From positions 39,409-103,408 of the forward strand of contig ONWR01000005.1 in NCBI GenBank assembly GCA_900321605.1: DNA of 64,000 bases, given 5' to 3'. Below the pieces are notes generated by a model. The model had not been told where the DNA came from. It saw nothing but the letters and a program-made list of their open reading frames with translations, and searched no databases. Shown piece by piece: positions 29,404 to 39,265 of the stretch (position 1 is the stretch's first letter; every line of letters begins with the position of its first letter). The position numbers and the translations under genes are program-made. This DNA is from an uncultured Bacteroidales bacterium (GTDB lineage Bacteria; Bacteroidota; Bacteroidia; Bacteroidales; Paludibacteraceae).

Positions 29404-30708
29404 ATGTTTGATAATTTAAGCGAACGATTAGAACGGTCTTTTAAGATCTTGAAAGGTGAAGGCCGTATTACTGAAATCAATATTGCGGAGACGGTCAAGG
29501 ACATCCGTAAGGCATTGTTAGAAGCGGATGTGAACTACAAAACCGCTAAACAATTTACCGACCAAGTGAAAGAGAAAGCCTTGGGTCAGAACGTGATCAC
29601 CTCTGTTCGTCCCGGACAGTTGATGGTGAAGATCACACATGACGAGTTGGCGGCTCTCATGGGCGGTGAAGCGCAGGAAATCAACCTCAAAGGCAATCCT
29701 GCCGTTATTCTGATGTCCGGTTTGCAGGGTTCCGGTAAGACCACTTTTGCTTCGAAATTGGCTAACTACCTGCAAACGAAGAAAGGTAAGAAAGTGATGC
29801 TGGTGGCTTGCGACGTTTATCGTCCGGCAGCTATCGAGCAGTTACGTGTGCTGGGTGAGCAGATCAAGGCGAAAGTTTATACAGGAGAAGGCGAGTCGAA
29901 CCCTGTGAAGAAAGCGCAGGATGCTATCTCCGAGGCGAAGAAATTCGGCTACGATGTAGTGATCGTCGATACCGCCGGTCGTTTGGCTGTGGACGAGCAG
30001 ATGATGAACGAGATAGCGGCTATCAAAGAAGCTATCACGCCGTCGGAGACGCTGTTCGTGGTAGATGCCATGACCGGACAGGATGCAGTCAATACGGCTA
30101 AGGAGTTCAACGACCGTTTGGATTTTGACGGCGTTATTCTGACGAAATTAGACGGTGACGCCCGTGGTGGAGCGGCATTGAGTATCCGCAGCGTGGTGAA
30201 CAAGCCGATTAAGTTCATCGGAACGGGTGAGAAGATGGAAGCATTGGATGTGTTCCATCCGTCTCGTATGGCAGACCGAATCCTTGGTATGGGTGACGTG
30301 GTGAGTCTTGTGGAGCGTGCGCAGGAACAGTACGACGAAGAGGAGGCAAGGCGAATCAGCAAGAAGATTGCCAAGAACCAGTTTGACTTCAATGACTTCA
30401 TCGGTCAGCTGAACCAGATCAAGAAGATGGGTTCGATGAAAGAGCTTATGGGCATGATTCCGGGCATGGACAAAGCCCTGAAAGGTGTGGAGATCAGCGA
30501 CGATGCATTCAAACCTATTGAGGCGATGATCAACTCGATGACCCCTGCTGAGCGTTCGAATCCGGCATTGCTGAACGGTAGTCGTAAGAGCCGTATTTGC
30601 AAAGGAGCCGGTGTGGATATTGTGGCGTTGAATCGTTTCCTCAAGCAGTTTGAGCAGACAAGTAAGATGATGCGCAAAGTGCAACAGATGGGATTCAAGA
30701 GACGTTAA
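29404..30708 (+). CDS. ffh: Signal recognition particle protein
   Basis: GLQGSGKTT, DTAGR and TKLDGD are present, with a Met-rich M domain. Confidence 0.95.
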   Translation: MFDNLSERLERSFKILKGEGRITEINIAETVKDIRKALLEADVNYKTAKQFTDQVKEKALGQNVITSVRPGQLMVKITHDELAALMGGEAQEINLKGNPAVILMSGLQGSGKTTFASKLANYLQTKKGKKVMLVACDVYRPAAIEQLRVLGEQIKAKVYTGEGESNPVKKAQDAISEAKKFGYDVVIVDTAGRLAVDEQMMNEIAAIKEAITPSETLFVVDAMTGQDAVNTAKEFNDRLDFDGVILTKLDGDARGGAALSIRSVVNKPIKFIGTGEKMEALDVFHPSRMADRILGMGDVVSLVERAQEQYDEEEARRISKKIAKNQFDFNDFIGQLNQIKKMGSMKELMGMIPGMDKALKGVEISDDAFKPIEAMINSMTPAERSNPALLNGSRKSRICKGAGVDIVALNRFLKQFEQTSKMMRKVQQMGFKRR

Positions 30709-30732
30709 AATGGTTCACTGCGTGAACGTTAA
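30704..30732 (+). repeat. REP-like intercistronic hairpin element, copy 2
   Basis: GTTAAAATGGTTCACTGCGTGAACGTTAA overlaps the ffh stop codon. It is identical to the reverse complement of 14123-14151. Confidence 0.8.
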
Positions 30733-30760
30733 AATGTTAAATTGTTAAAACGTTAGTACC

Positions 30761-31279
30761 TTGTCGGAGGAGAAGATATATCAACCGGGATGGGGTGAGA
30801 AGAAGGAGAAACACCGTCACCATCATCACCATGGGTCGGACAGCCGCTACACCAATAGTTGGGGCGGATGGTTGAAGATGCGTGACAAACAGGCATACTA
30901 CGGACTGATGTTTGTCGTAGTGGTCGGTTTGCTGTTCGGCGCATACAAGGTCGTGCAGATGTTCGTTCATGAGTTCCGGTCCATGCCGATGGATGATCCC
31001 CGAACGGAGATGAAAGTGGATGAGTTGGATATTCGTCGAGGAGAGAAACAGGACGCTTTGATCGCCGGCGATAGTATCAAACAGGCGTTTAATGTGGATT
31101 CAATTAGACGTGTGCAGACCGAGAGCCACCATGTGTATCGTCCTCCTCGTCGTGAGAACACATGGTATATTACTCAACGGGAATGGAAGGATATCTGGCG
31201 TAATATGAAACGCTGGAAACAGGCTCAGAAGAACGATGTTCGCGTCAAAGAAACGGAAGAAAAGAAATCAGCAGAATGA
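30761..31279 (+). CDS. Hypothetical single-pass membrane protein with a His-rich N-terminus
   Basis: HRHHHHHG tract followed by one TM segment (YYGLMFVVVVGLLFGAY). The start is a TTG and is uncertain. There is a 4-nt overlap with folD. Confidence 0.45.
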   Translation: MSEEKIYQPGWGEKKEKHRHHHHHGSDSRYTNSWGGWLKMRDKQAYYGLMFVVVVGLLFGAYKVVQMFVHEFRSMPMDDPRTEMKVDELDIRRGEKQDALIAGDSIKQAFNVDSIRRVQTESHHVYRPPRRENTWYITQREWKDIWRNMKRWKQAQKNDVRVKETEEKKSAE

Positions 31280-32172
31280 TATTAGACGGTAAACACATAG
31301 CACAAACGATCCGCGCTGAGTTGCGCGAACAGATAGCGTCGATAGTTTCAAAAGGACTTCGCGCGCCTAAATTGGCGGTTGTTATCGTTGGGCATAATCC
31401 GGCGAGTGAGACGTATGTTGCCAATAAAATCAAGGCTTGCGCGGAAGTGGGTATTGAGGCAGAGCGTGTGGCGTTGGAAGCAGAAATCACAGAAGAGGAA
31501 CTGTTGGCAGAGGTAGAACGGCTGAACAGAGATGCGTCCGTGGACGGGTTTATTGTGCAGTTACCGCTGCCGGAACATATCAACGAATCCGCCGTCCTTT
31601 CGGCAATCGATTACCGGAAAGATGTCGATGGTCTGACGCCGGAGAACGTGGGACGAACGGTGCAAGGTCTGCCTTCCTTGGTGAGCGCAACACCGAGAGG
31701 TATACGTGAACTGTTGGCGCGTTATGACATCCAGACGGAAGGCAAACATGTGGTGGTTATCGGGCGTTCGAACATCGTCGGCAAGCCGATAGCGATGCTG
31801 TTGATGCAACGTCCGTATCTGAGTCTGCCGGGCATGAGCGCTTCGTCGCTCGGAGACGCAACCGTGACGATCTGTCATAGCAAGACCCGCGATTTGGAGG
31901 CTATCTGTCAGACAGCGGATATCATCATCGTGGCTGCAGGAGTTCCGAATCTGTTGACAGCGAACATGGTCAGAGAAGGGGTGGTGGTTATCGATGTGGG
32001 TATCAATCGTGTGGAGGATGATTCGCCGCGCGGATACCATCTGGTGGGAGACGTAGATTTTGAGAACGTGGCTCCGAAAGCGTCGTATATCACTCCTGTT
32101 CCCGGAGGTGTTGGACCGATGACCATTGTTAGTTTACTGCAAAACACGCTACAAGCGTACCTTGGAAATTAA
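31276..32172 (+). CDS. folD: Bifunctional methylenetetrahydrofolate dehydrogenase/cyclohydrolase
   Basis: YVANKIKA, GFIVQLPLP and VIGRSNIVGKP are present. Confidence 0.9.
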   Translation: MILDGKHIAQTIRAELREQIASIVSKGLRAPKLAVVIVGHNPASETYVANKIKACAEVGIEAERVALEAEITEEELLAEVERLNRDASVDGFIVQLPLPEHINESAVLSAIDYRKDVDGLTPENVGRTVQGLPSLVSATPRGIRELLARYDIQTEGKHVVVIGRSNIVGKPIAMLLMQRPYLSLPGMSASSLGDATVTICHSKTRDLEAICQTADIIIVAAGVPNLLTANMVREGVVVIDVGINRVEDDSPRGYHLVGDVDFENVAPKASYITPVPGGVGPMTIVSLLQNTLQAYLGN

Positions 32173-32196
32173 AAATTAAAAATTAAGAATTAAAAA

Positions 32197-33297
32197 TTGG
32201 ATATTTTATCAAAAATAGAAGGATTAGAGGCTAAGTTTCATGAGGTGAGTCTGTTGATTACAGACCCGTCTGTGATAGCCGATCAGGCACGTTATGTGCG
32301 ACTTAACCGCGATTACCATGATTTGGAGCGCGTGTTGGAGTGCGCGCATCGGTATAAGAAAGCGGTGACCGATTTGCAGGACGCTAAGGATCTCTTTTTC
32401 AATGAGTCTGACCCGGAGATGAAAGAGATGGCGAAAGCAGAGATTGATGAGTTAGAACCGCAGATCCCCAAACTGGAAGAGGAACTGAAGATCCAACTGC
32501 TGCCTCAGGATCCAGAGGACGGCAAGAATGTTGTCATGGAGATACGTGGCGGAACAGGTGGTGACGAAGCGGCTATTTTTGCCGGAGATCTGTTCCGGAT
32601 GTACTGTAAGTACTTCGAAATCAAAGGATTCAAGTATTCCGTTTCTTCGTTTACAGAAGGCGCTTCCGGCGGTTATAAGGAGATCATCTTCAATGTGACC
32701 GGTCAGAATGTGTATGGAACGCTCAAATATGAGAGCGGCGTTCATCGTGTGCAACGTGTGCCTGTGACCGAAACGCAAGGACGTGTGCATACATCGGCAG
32801 CTACGGTTGCGGTTTTGCCCGAGGCGGATGAGTTTGAAGTGCATATCAACGAAGGCGAGATCAAATGGGAGACTTTCCGTTCCGGTGGAGCAGGAGGTCA
32901 GAACGTCAATAAAGTGGAGTCGGGTGTTCGTTTGCGGTATAACTGGAAGAACCCCAATACGGGTGAAGTGCAAGAGATCCTGATAGAGTGTACCGAGACG
33001 CGTGATCAGCCTAAGAATAAGGAACGCGCGCTCTCACGCTTGCGCACGCAGATATACGATAAGGAGCATCAGAAATATATTGATGACATTGCCGCGCGGC
33101 GTAAGACGATGGTCTCGACAGGCGACCGTTCTGCCAAGATCCGCACGTATAACTATCCGCAGGGACGTATTACCGACCACCGAATAGGTTATACGGTGTA
33201 TAACTTGGCAGCGTTCATGGACGGCGATATACAAGGCGTGATTGATGCCCTGCAGGTTGCTGAGAACGCAGAAAGGCTGAAGGAATCGGAACTGTAA
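32197..33297 (+). CDS. prfA: Peptide chain release factor 1
   Basis: PxT tripeptide (PVTETQGRVHTS) and GGQ (SGGAGGQNVNKVES). The start is a TTG. Confidence 0.9.
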   Translation: MDILSKIEGLEAKFHEVSLLITDPSVIADQARYVRLNRDYHDLERVLECAHRYKKAVTDLQDAKDLFFNESDPEMKEMAKAEIDELEPQIPKLEEELKIQLLPQDPEDGKNVVMEIRGGTGGDEAAIFAGDLFRMYCKYFEIKGFKYSVSSFTEGASGGYKEIIFNVTGQNVYGTLKYESGVHRVQRVPVTETQGRVHTSAATVAVLPEADEFEVHINEGEIKWETFRSGGAGGQNVNKVESGVRLRYNWKNPNTGEVQEILIECTETRDQPKNKERALSRLRTQIYDKEHQKYIDDIAARRKTMVSTGDRSAKIRTYNYPQGRITDHRIGYTVYNLAAFMDGDIQGVIDALQVAENAERLKESEL

Positions 33298-33308
33298 ATT
33301 TCAAATAG

Positions 33309-34040
33309 ATGTATTTGTTTTATTGCCCGGAAATAGCAACGACGTTGACGCTCTCGGAAGAAGAGAGTGCGCATTGCGTGCAGGTGTTGCGTCGTAGTGC
33401 AGGCGATGAGATACTCGTGACAGATGGAATAGGGCAACTCTATCATTGCGTGATCACTAATCCTCATCGTAAGCATTGCGAGGTGGAGATCCGTTCCGTA
33501 GCGACGCCTGAGCCGCTTCATGAGGGGCATATTCACATGGTTATTGCACCGACGAAGAACATCGACCGAACGGAGTTAGCGATCGAGAAATGTGTGGAGA
33601 TGGGAGTAGATGAGTTGACGCTTGTGCTTTGCGAACACTCGGAACGCAAGACGGTGAACATGGATCGGTTGCAGAAGATCCTTGTTTCTGCCGCCAAACA
33701 GTCCTTGAAGACGCGTTTTCCGATTCTTCATCCGCTGACTAAGATGACCGAGCTGCAGATAGAGGGAGATAAGTTTATTGCCCATTGTATGTCGGACGAG
33801 GAAGATGAGTCGCTGCAAGCCCATTACCGCTCGTCGGACAGCAAACATGCTTTGCAGAACGAGATTGTGCGAGGCCATCAAACGACCGTGCTTATCGGAC
33901 CGGAAGGCGATTTCTCGCCGGAAGAGGTGCAATGGGCAATACAGAACGGCTATATGCCGGTGAGTCTGGGAGCGGCTCGTCTGCGCACAGAGACGGCTGC
34001 TATCGTGGCTTGTCATACGGCGGTTTTAATGAATAGTTAA
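33309..34040 (+). CDS. rsmE: 16S rRNA (uracil1498-N3)-methyltransferase
   Basis: The RsmE C-terminal block LIGPEGDFSPEE...LGAARLRTETA is present. Confidence 0.85.
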   Translation: MYLFYCPEIATTLTLSEEESAHCVQVLRRSAGDEILVTDGIGQLYHCVITNPHRKHCEVEIRSVATPEPLHEGHIHMVIAPTKNIDRTELAIEKCVEMGVDELTLVLCEHSERKTVNMDRLQKILVSAAKQSLKTRFPILHPLTKMTELQIEGDKFIAHCMSDEEDESLQAHYRSSDSKHALQNEIVRGHQTTVLIGPEGDFSPEEVQWAIQNGYMPVSLGAARLRTETAAIVACHTAVLMNS

Positions 34041-34041
34041 A

Positions 34042-34653
34042 ATGATGTTTTACACGTTAGATTCGGACATATTATTGTGGATCAATGGTCATGGGAATGA
34101 ATGGTTAGATGCCGCTATGTGGACTATCAGCCGTTCGAAGACTTGGATGTGGTTGTACGCGCTGTTAGTGGGGTTAATCGTCTATCGCTACCGGAACTGG
34201 AAGACCGTTCTGCTGATCTTGGTGGCTTTTGGCGTTGCTGTTGGATTGAGCGACTACACCTGCAGTGGTATTCTCAAACCGTGGATTTGCCGTTTGCGTC
34301 CGACGCACGAACCGGCTATCGATCCGATTCGTTTGGTACATGGCTATTTAGGCGGTTTGTATGGTTTTTGCAGCAGTCATGCTGCGAATACGATGTCGTG
34401 CGGTCTGCTTTTCTCGCTGATTTATAGGAATAAAATAGCCACCGCAGGTCTGATGACTTGGGTGGCTCTGAACTGTTATAGCCGGATGTACCTCGGAGCT
34501 CATTACCCGGGAGATATATTGGCGGGCTTGTTTATTGGTTCGCTTTTTGCTGTTCTGGCGTACTGGGCGCTTTGTCGGTGGGTGTTGCGTTCACCGGCAG
34601 CATCCTGTTCGCACCCCTTGGACGGCGAGGCTGCTCGACAGGGTGGTTCATGA
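34042..34653 (+). CDS. PAP2 family phosphatase
   Basis: Motifs KxxxxxxRP (KPWICRLRP), SSH (CSSHAANT) and SRxxxxxHxxxD (SRMYLGAHYPGD). Confidence 0.8.
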   Translation: MMFYTLDSDILLWINGHGNEWLDAAMWTISRSKTWMWLYALLVGLIVYRYRNWKTVLLILVAFGVAVGLSDYTCSGILKPWICRLRPTHEPAIDPIRLVHGYLGGLYGFCSSHAANTMSCGLLFSLIYRNKIATAGLMTWVALNCYSRMYLGAHYPGDILAGLFIGSLFAVLAYWALCRWVLRSPAASCSHPLDGEAARQGGS

Positions 34654-34957
34654 ACTGATCGAACTCTTTCTCTGTGAGCAGACGTTTGAGCTCCGCATAA
34701 ATAGCGTTCATTCGCTCCATCTCTTGCGCACGTGTCAGACCTTTCTGACGAACCCGCGCGTACTTGAGATGCATCTTATACAAGGTATCAAAACGCACAG
34801 AGTCCTTGATATCCAACTCGCGTACGAGACGCACGGTCTGCTTGATAGCCTCATCCTCCGGCGTACGTTGCGGACGATCCGAAACAGGCTCTTGAGCCAT
34901 CATCAGCCCTGCTGAAAGGGTGATGGACAGAATTATAAATAAACGTTTAATCATCAT
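34532..34957 (-). CDS. Hypothetical periplasmic helical protein
   Basis: Signal peptide. The composition is charged and helical, similar to the product of 26957-27505. Confidence 0.55.
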   Translation of the reverse strand: MMIKRLFIILSITLSAGLMMAQEPVSDRPQRTPEDEAIKQTVRLVRELDIKDSVRFDTLYKMHLKYARVRQKGLTRAQEMERMNAIYAELKRLLTEKEFDQFMNHPVEQPRRPRGANRMLPVNATPTDKAPSTPEQQKANQ

Positions 34958-34978
34958 ACAGATTGTACTACAAAAATC

Positions 34979-36211
34979 ATGCCATTAAGTCCCGAAATAG
35001 TACTTGCCTCGCAACTTTACTTCTCCCAACAGGGAGAAAACCGCCGTTCCCGTCCTGCGGTAAGGGTCGCTTTGGCTGGTATGATCGTGGGAGTGATGGT
35101 GATGATTCTGACAGTGTGTATCGTGGTCGGTTTCAAGCAGACGATCACTCAGAAAGTGGCGGGTTTCGGAGCACATATTCAGGTGGTTTCGTTTGAGAAT
35201 AACAACACGTATGATCTGCAACCGATAGAGGTTTCCGACAGTCTTTTGTCGCAGTTGGGACGTTTTGATCATGTGGTTCAAGCGGCTCCGTTCATCACCA
35301 AACCCGGTATGCTCAAGACCGATTCTGCCTTTCAAGGGATGGTACTTAAAGGAACCGATTATTGGGATTTCTTTGCCCGTAATCTGGTGGAAGGTGCGCT
35401 GCCTGAGAAACCGCAGGAAGTGCTTCTTTCGCGTACCGTTTCTGCCAAACTGAGACTCCATGTGGGCGATGCTGTGTATGCCTATTTTGTGGATGATTCG
35501 GATGTCCGTGCAAGGCGTTTTACCATCTCCGGCATCTATGATACGGGCTTTGAGCAGTACGATGAGTTGTTTGTGTTAACCGTGCTCGAAACGGCGCGAA
35601 GACTACAATCATGGGAGAAGAATGTCTATTCGGGCGTAGAAATCCTGATAGATAATATCAACCGCTTGGACGAAGTGGCGGATGAGATTTACTTTGCTAC
35701 GGTTCGGCAGATGGACGAAAACGGCTATCATGTGTATTACGTACAGACCCTGCATCAGCAGAATCCGGCGATCTTTGCTTGGCTCGATCTGCTGGATATG
35801 AACGTGGTGGTGATCATTATACTGATGCTCCTTGTGGCGGGATTTAATATCGTTTCGGGGCTGATCATTCTGATCCTCGAAGGCGTCAATCTCATAGGTA
35901 CGCTGAAGGCGCTCGGAGCAGACAACCGGTTTGTGCGGCGGATTTTCATGACGCAAGCGGCTTTGCTCATCGGAAAAGGAGTGTTGTGGGGCAATATACT
36001 TGGTTTGGGCATTGCGGCTGTGCAGTATTTCGGTCATCTGATGCCCCTTGACCCGACTACGTATTATGTGAATTTTGTGCCGGTGACTTTTGCATGGAGT
36101 TGGCTGATTGCGCTCAATGTGCTGACGATCGTCGTGTCGTTGGCGATACTCATTCTGCCTTCTATGATCATCGCCAAAATCAGTCCTGCGAGAGTGATGC
36201 AGTTTGAATAG
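34979..36211 (+). CDS. FtsX-like ABC transporter permease (LolC/E type)
   Basis: N-terminal TM, a large periplasmic loop, and a C-terminal 3-TM FtsX block (LKALGA...); 410 aa. Confidence 0.8.
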   Translation: MPLSPEIVLASQLYFSQQGENRRSRPAVRVALAGMIVGVMVMILTVCIVVGFKQTITQKVAGFGAHIQVVSFENNNTYDLQPIEVSDSLLSQLGRFDHVVQAAPFITKPGMLKTDSAFQGMVLKGTDYWDFFARNLVEGALPEKPQEVLLSRTVSAKLRLHVGDAVYAYFVDDSDVRARRFTISGIYDTGFEQYDELFVLTVLETARRLQSWEKNVYSGVEILIDNINRLDEVADEIYFATVRQMDENGYHVYYVQTLHQQNPAIFAWLDLLDMNVVVIIILMLLVAGFNIVSGLIILILEGVNLIGTLKALGADNRFVRRIFMTQAALLIGKGVLWGNILGLGIAAVQYFGHLMPLDPTTYYVNFVPVTFAWSWLIALNVLTIVVSLAILILPSMIIAKISPARVMQFE

Positions 36212-36238
36212 TTAGCCACATGAAAGGGTAGAGAAGAG

Positions 36239-37117
36239 ATGATTAAATTACAAACGATAGTGGATACGATACCTTCCGAAAGGAAGATCGGGTATGAGGA
36301 CAAAATCCTTATGTTGGGTTCGTGCTTCTCAGACGAGATCGGCGAGCAGATGAAGCAGCGGAATATGTCCGTCACCTGCAATCCGTTCGGCACGCTCTAT
36401 AATCCGCTCTCGATAGCAAATGCCATCCATTCCACCTTTGTACATTGTACATCGTACATCGTACATCACGAGGGTCTCTGGCATTCGATGATGCACCATG
36501 GTTCGTTCTCTCGTCCGACGCGTGAAGAAGCCGAAGAGGCGGTAAAAGCGTCCATCGAGACGATGCAAAAGGCGCTTCAGGAAGCTACGGTCGTCATCGT
36601 CACTTTCGGAACAGCTTGGATCTATGAGATGAATGGAGAGATTGTCGGAAACTGCCATAAACTGCCTGCCGATCGGTTCACACGTCGTCGGTTGACGGTG
36701 GAAGAGATAGTAGCAGCTTGGCAACCGATCATCGAGCGATATCCGGATAAACATTGGATCTTCACCGTTTCGCCTATTCGTCACATCAAAGACGGCTTGC
36801 ATGAGAACCAACTCTCCAAAGCCACGCTTTTAATGGCAATCGAACATCTTACAGCCGAAGGCGGTCTTACAGTGGAGCGGTCTTACAGCGGAGCGGTCAT
36901 ACAGCGCAGCGTTCACTATTTTCCTTCTTACGAAATTCTCCTTGACGAATTGCGTGACTACCGTTTTTATGCGGACGATCTGGTTCATCCGTCTTCTTTG
37001 GCGGTAAACTATATCTGGGAACGATTTGTAGATACTTTCTGCACACCGCAAACCCGCAACGAAATGACATTGCAACACAAGCGTTGGAAATTCGAACACC
37101 ACCGCCCTTTGCATTAA
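36239..37117 (+). CDS. GSCFA domain protein
   Basis: The N-terminal GSCF motif (MLGSCFSDEIG) is present. A 4 x 7-bp (C/T)GTACAT array lies at 36439-36466. Confidence 0.7.
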   Translation: MIKLQTIVDTIPSERKIGYEDKILMLGSCFSDEIGEQMKQRNMSVTCNPFGTLYNPLSIANAIHSTFVHCTSYIVHHEGLWHSMMHHGSFSRPTREEAEEAVKASIETMQKALQEATVVIVTFGTAWIYEMNGEIVGNCHKLPADRFTRRRLTVEEIVAAWQPIIERYPDKHWIFTVSPIRHIKDGLHENQLSKATLLMAIEHLTAEGGLTVERSYSGAVIQRSVHYFPSYEILLDELRDYRFYADDLVHPSSLAVNYIWERFVDTFCTPQTRNEMTLQHKRWKFEHHRPLH

Positions 37118-37163
37118 AATGACATTATTTTACTAAAATTCACACTTTTAATTTACTCACGAC

Positions 37164-39035
37164 ATGAAAAAATATTTATTTTTTAGCCTACGGGCACGAT
37201 TACTGTTTCTTGCGCTGATAGTAAGCGCAACAACTCTGTATGCCGAAACCGTAAAAATCGGCAATCTGTATTATTCGTTGAGTGCGACTACGGCACAAGT
37301 GGTCAATGACCAGAGTTCGGACAAGTCCGTCTATAAAGACTATACGTCCGTCACAGTCCCTGCGTCCGTGACCTATAACAACTATACGTATCCTGTGACG
37401 AGTATCGGGACAAGTGCGTTTGAGGGCCTGACGAACCTGCAATCTGTCACTCTGCCGACATCCGTCACCACTATTGGAACGGATGCTTTCTACGGCTGCA
37501 CGAAATTAGGCTCCGTGAACTTGGAAGAAGGTCTGATGACCATCAACCTGCGTGCGTTCTATAACTGTAACCTGACGGAGATTACTATTCCGAGTACGGT
37601 TACCTCTATCGGCAATGCCGCTTTCAAGGGCAACCCGACGACCACGATTGTATGGAAACCGGCAGACTGCTCTATCGGTTCAAACGACGGCGCGCCGTTC
37701 TATAGCACCAATTCGCAGGTTACCTCTTTCACTTTTGCGAACGGCGTAGAGGTTGTGCCGGCATATATCTGCAAGAACATGAGTCTGTTGGATACAATCG
37801 TGCTTCCGGCTTCGGTCAACAGGCTTGGTCAATATGCTTTCATGAATTGCACGAATCTCAAATCCATCAACTTGCCGGTAACGCAAAAGACACTGCCCAT
37901 CAGTTTCATGGAGGGCTGCTCGTCGTTGGAGTCCATTGAATTACCGGCGACTTTGACCACCATCAATCAGGATGCATTCTACGGCTGTTCTTCGCTGAAG
38001 AACGTGAACCTGCACGAAGGCATAACCACGATCTATCAGCGGGCGTTCCAGAACTGTAAGTTGGAGTCGGTCACAATCCCGAGTACGGTAACCAGCATCG
38101 GAAGCAGTGCGTTCAAAGGTAACCCGACCAAGTCCGTTACTTGGTTGCCGGCTAACTGTTCTGTCGGTACAGGCGATAACGCGCCGTTCTATGGTTCGCA
38201 GATTACCTCTTTCGTCTTTGGCGACAGCGTGAAGACCATTCCCGGCTATTTGTGCTACCAAATGAACAAACTGGACAGCGTTACACTGCCGGAGAAACTG
38301 ACCACCATCGGTCAATACGCATTCAACGGTTGTTCGCTGTTCAAGAACGTAACAATCCCGGCATCGGTGACGAGTATCGGTACCTATGCGTTTGCGTTCT
38401 GTACGTCCCTCAAGAACTTCGAGTTCCCGAAAGGCATCAAGACGGTGGCTACCAGTGTGTTGGAAGGCTGTACAGCGCTGGAGGATGTCATTATCCCGGC
38501 ATCGGTGACGACAATCGGTCAGGATGCGTTCTACAACTGCTCCAAACTGGTGAGCATTCATAACTACGCTATTACCCCGCAATCCCTTCAGTCGCGTGCG
38601 GTTTATAATGTCAACAAGCAGACCTGTATTCTTTACGTGCCGATCGATTATATCAACCTCTACCGCGCAGCAGATGTATGGAAGGATTTTGCCAATATCA
38701 TCGGTGTAGCGACTGATTTGCAGTTTGAGGACCAGATCGTCAGCGTGACCTATCTCAAGCAGGATAGCACGCTCCATTACATGGAGTCCCAGACTTGGGC
38801 AGTTCCCCTCGAGCCGTATATCGAAGGCTTTACCTTTGTCGGTTGGCGGGTAGAGCAGGGTATGCTTAATGACGGCATCGTTCTGCGGGCAGTGTATGAA
38901 TCGAGCACGCCGACCCAGGCGCCTGAGGTATATGTCAACCCCGCCAATAAAGCACAGAAACTGATCAAGAACGGCAATGTCTATATTCTGAGCGGTGATA
39001 AAACTTATACCGTTACTGGTCAAGAGGTAAAATAA
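37164..39035 (+). CDS. BspA-like leucine-rich repeat surface protein
   Basis: Signal peptide and many IPxSVTSIGxxAFxGC LRR_5-type units. An internal module of about 165 aa is duplicated. Confidence 0.8.
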   Translation: MKKYLFFSLRARLLFLALIVSATTLYAETVKIGNLYYSLSATTAQVVNDQSSDKSVYKDYTSVTVPASVTYNNYTYPVTSIGTSAFEGLTNLQSVTLPTSVTTIGTDAFYGCTKLGSVNLEEGLMTINLRAFYNCNLTEITIPSTVTSIGNAAFKGNPTTTIVWKPADCSIGSNDGAPFYSTNSQVTSFTFANGVEVVPAYICKNMSLLDTIVLPASVNRLGQYAFMNCTNLKSINLPVTQKTLPISFMEGCSSLESIELPATLTTINQDAFYGCSSLKNVNLHEGITTIYQRAFQNCKLESVTIPSTVTSIGSSAFKGNPTKSVTWLPANCSVGTGDNAPFYGSQITSFVFGDSVKTIPGYLCYQMNKLDSVTLPEKLTTIGQYAFNGCSLFKNVTIPASVTSIGTYAFAFCTSLKNFEFPKGIKTVATSVLEGCTALEDVIIPASVTTIGQDAFYNCSKLVSIHNYAITPQSLQSRAVYNVNKQTCILYVPIDYINLYRAADVWKDFANIIGVATDLQFEDQIVSVTYLKQDSTLHYMESQTWAVPLEPYIEGFTFVGWRVEQGMLNDGIVLRAVYESSTPTQAPEVYVNPANKAQKLIKNGNVYILSGDKTYTVTGQEVK

Positions 39036-39265
39036 CCCCTGACTTTTCCTGAAATATGTTGACACTTTCCTAAAATAGTTGACAATCGTCCTACAGCACT
39101 TTTGGCACTTTCGCTTCCTTTGTGTCCTCCTGTGAACAGAAAAAATTCGCTTAATTAGCTCAATTCGCCGTTTTATATTTTTTGGAATCATTTTAGGTAA
39201 TTTTGGACAGATTAAAAAATCCTCTTCCGATTTTGCCGCTTGTATAAAAATTGTATTTTTTTGCT

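Noticed and set aside
30545-30565. tRNA-like T-arm string GTTCGAATCC.
   Set aside because: It lies inside the ffh coding sequence (..AERSNPAL..) with no acceptor or anticodon arms around it. No tRNA genes were found in the window.
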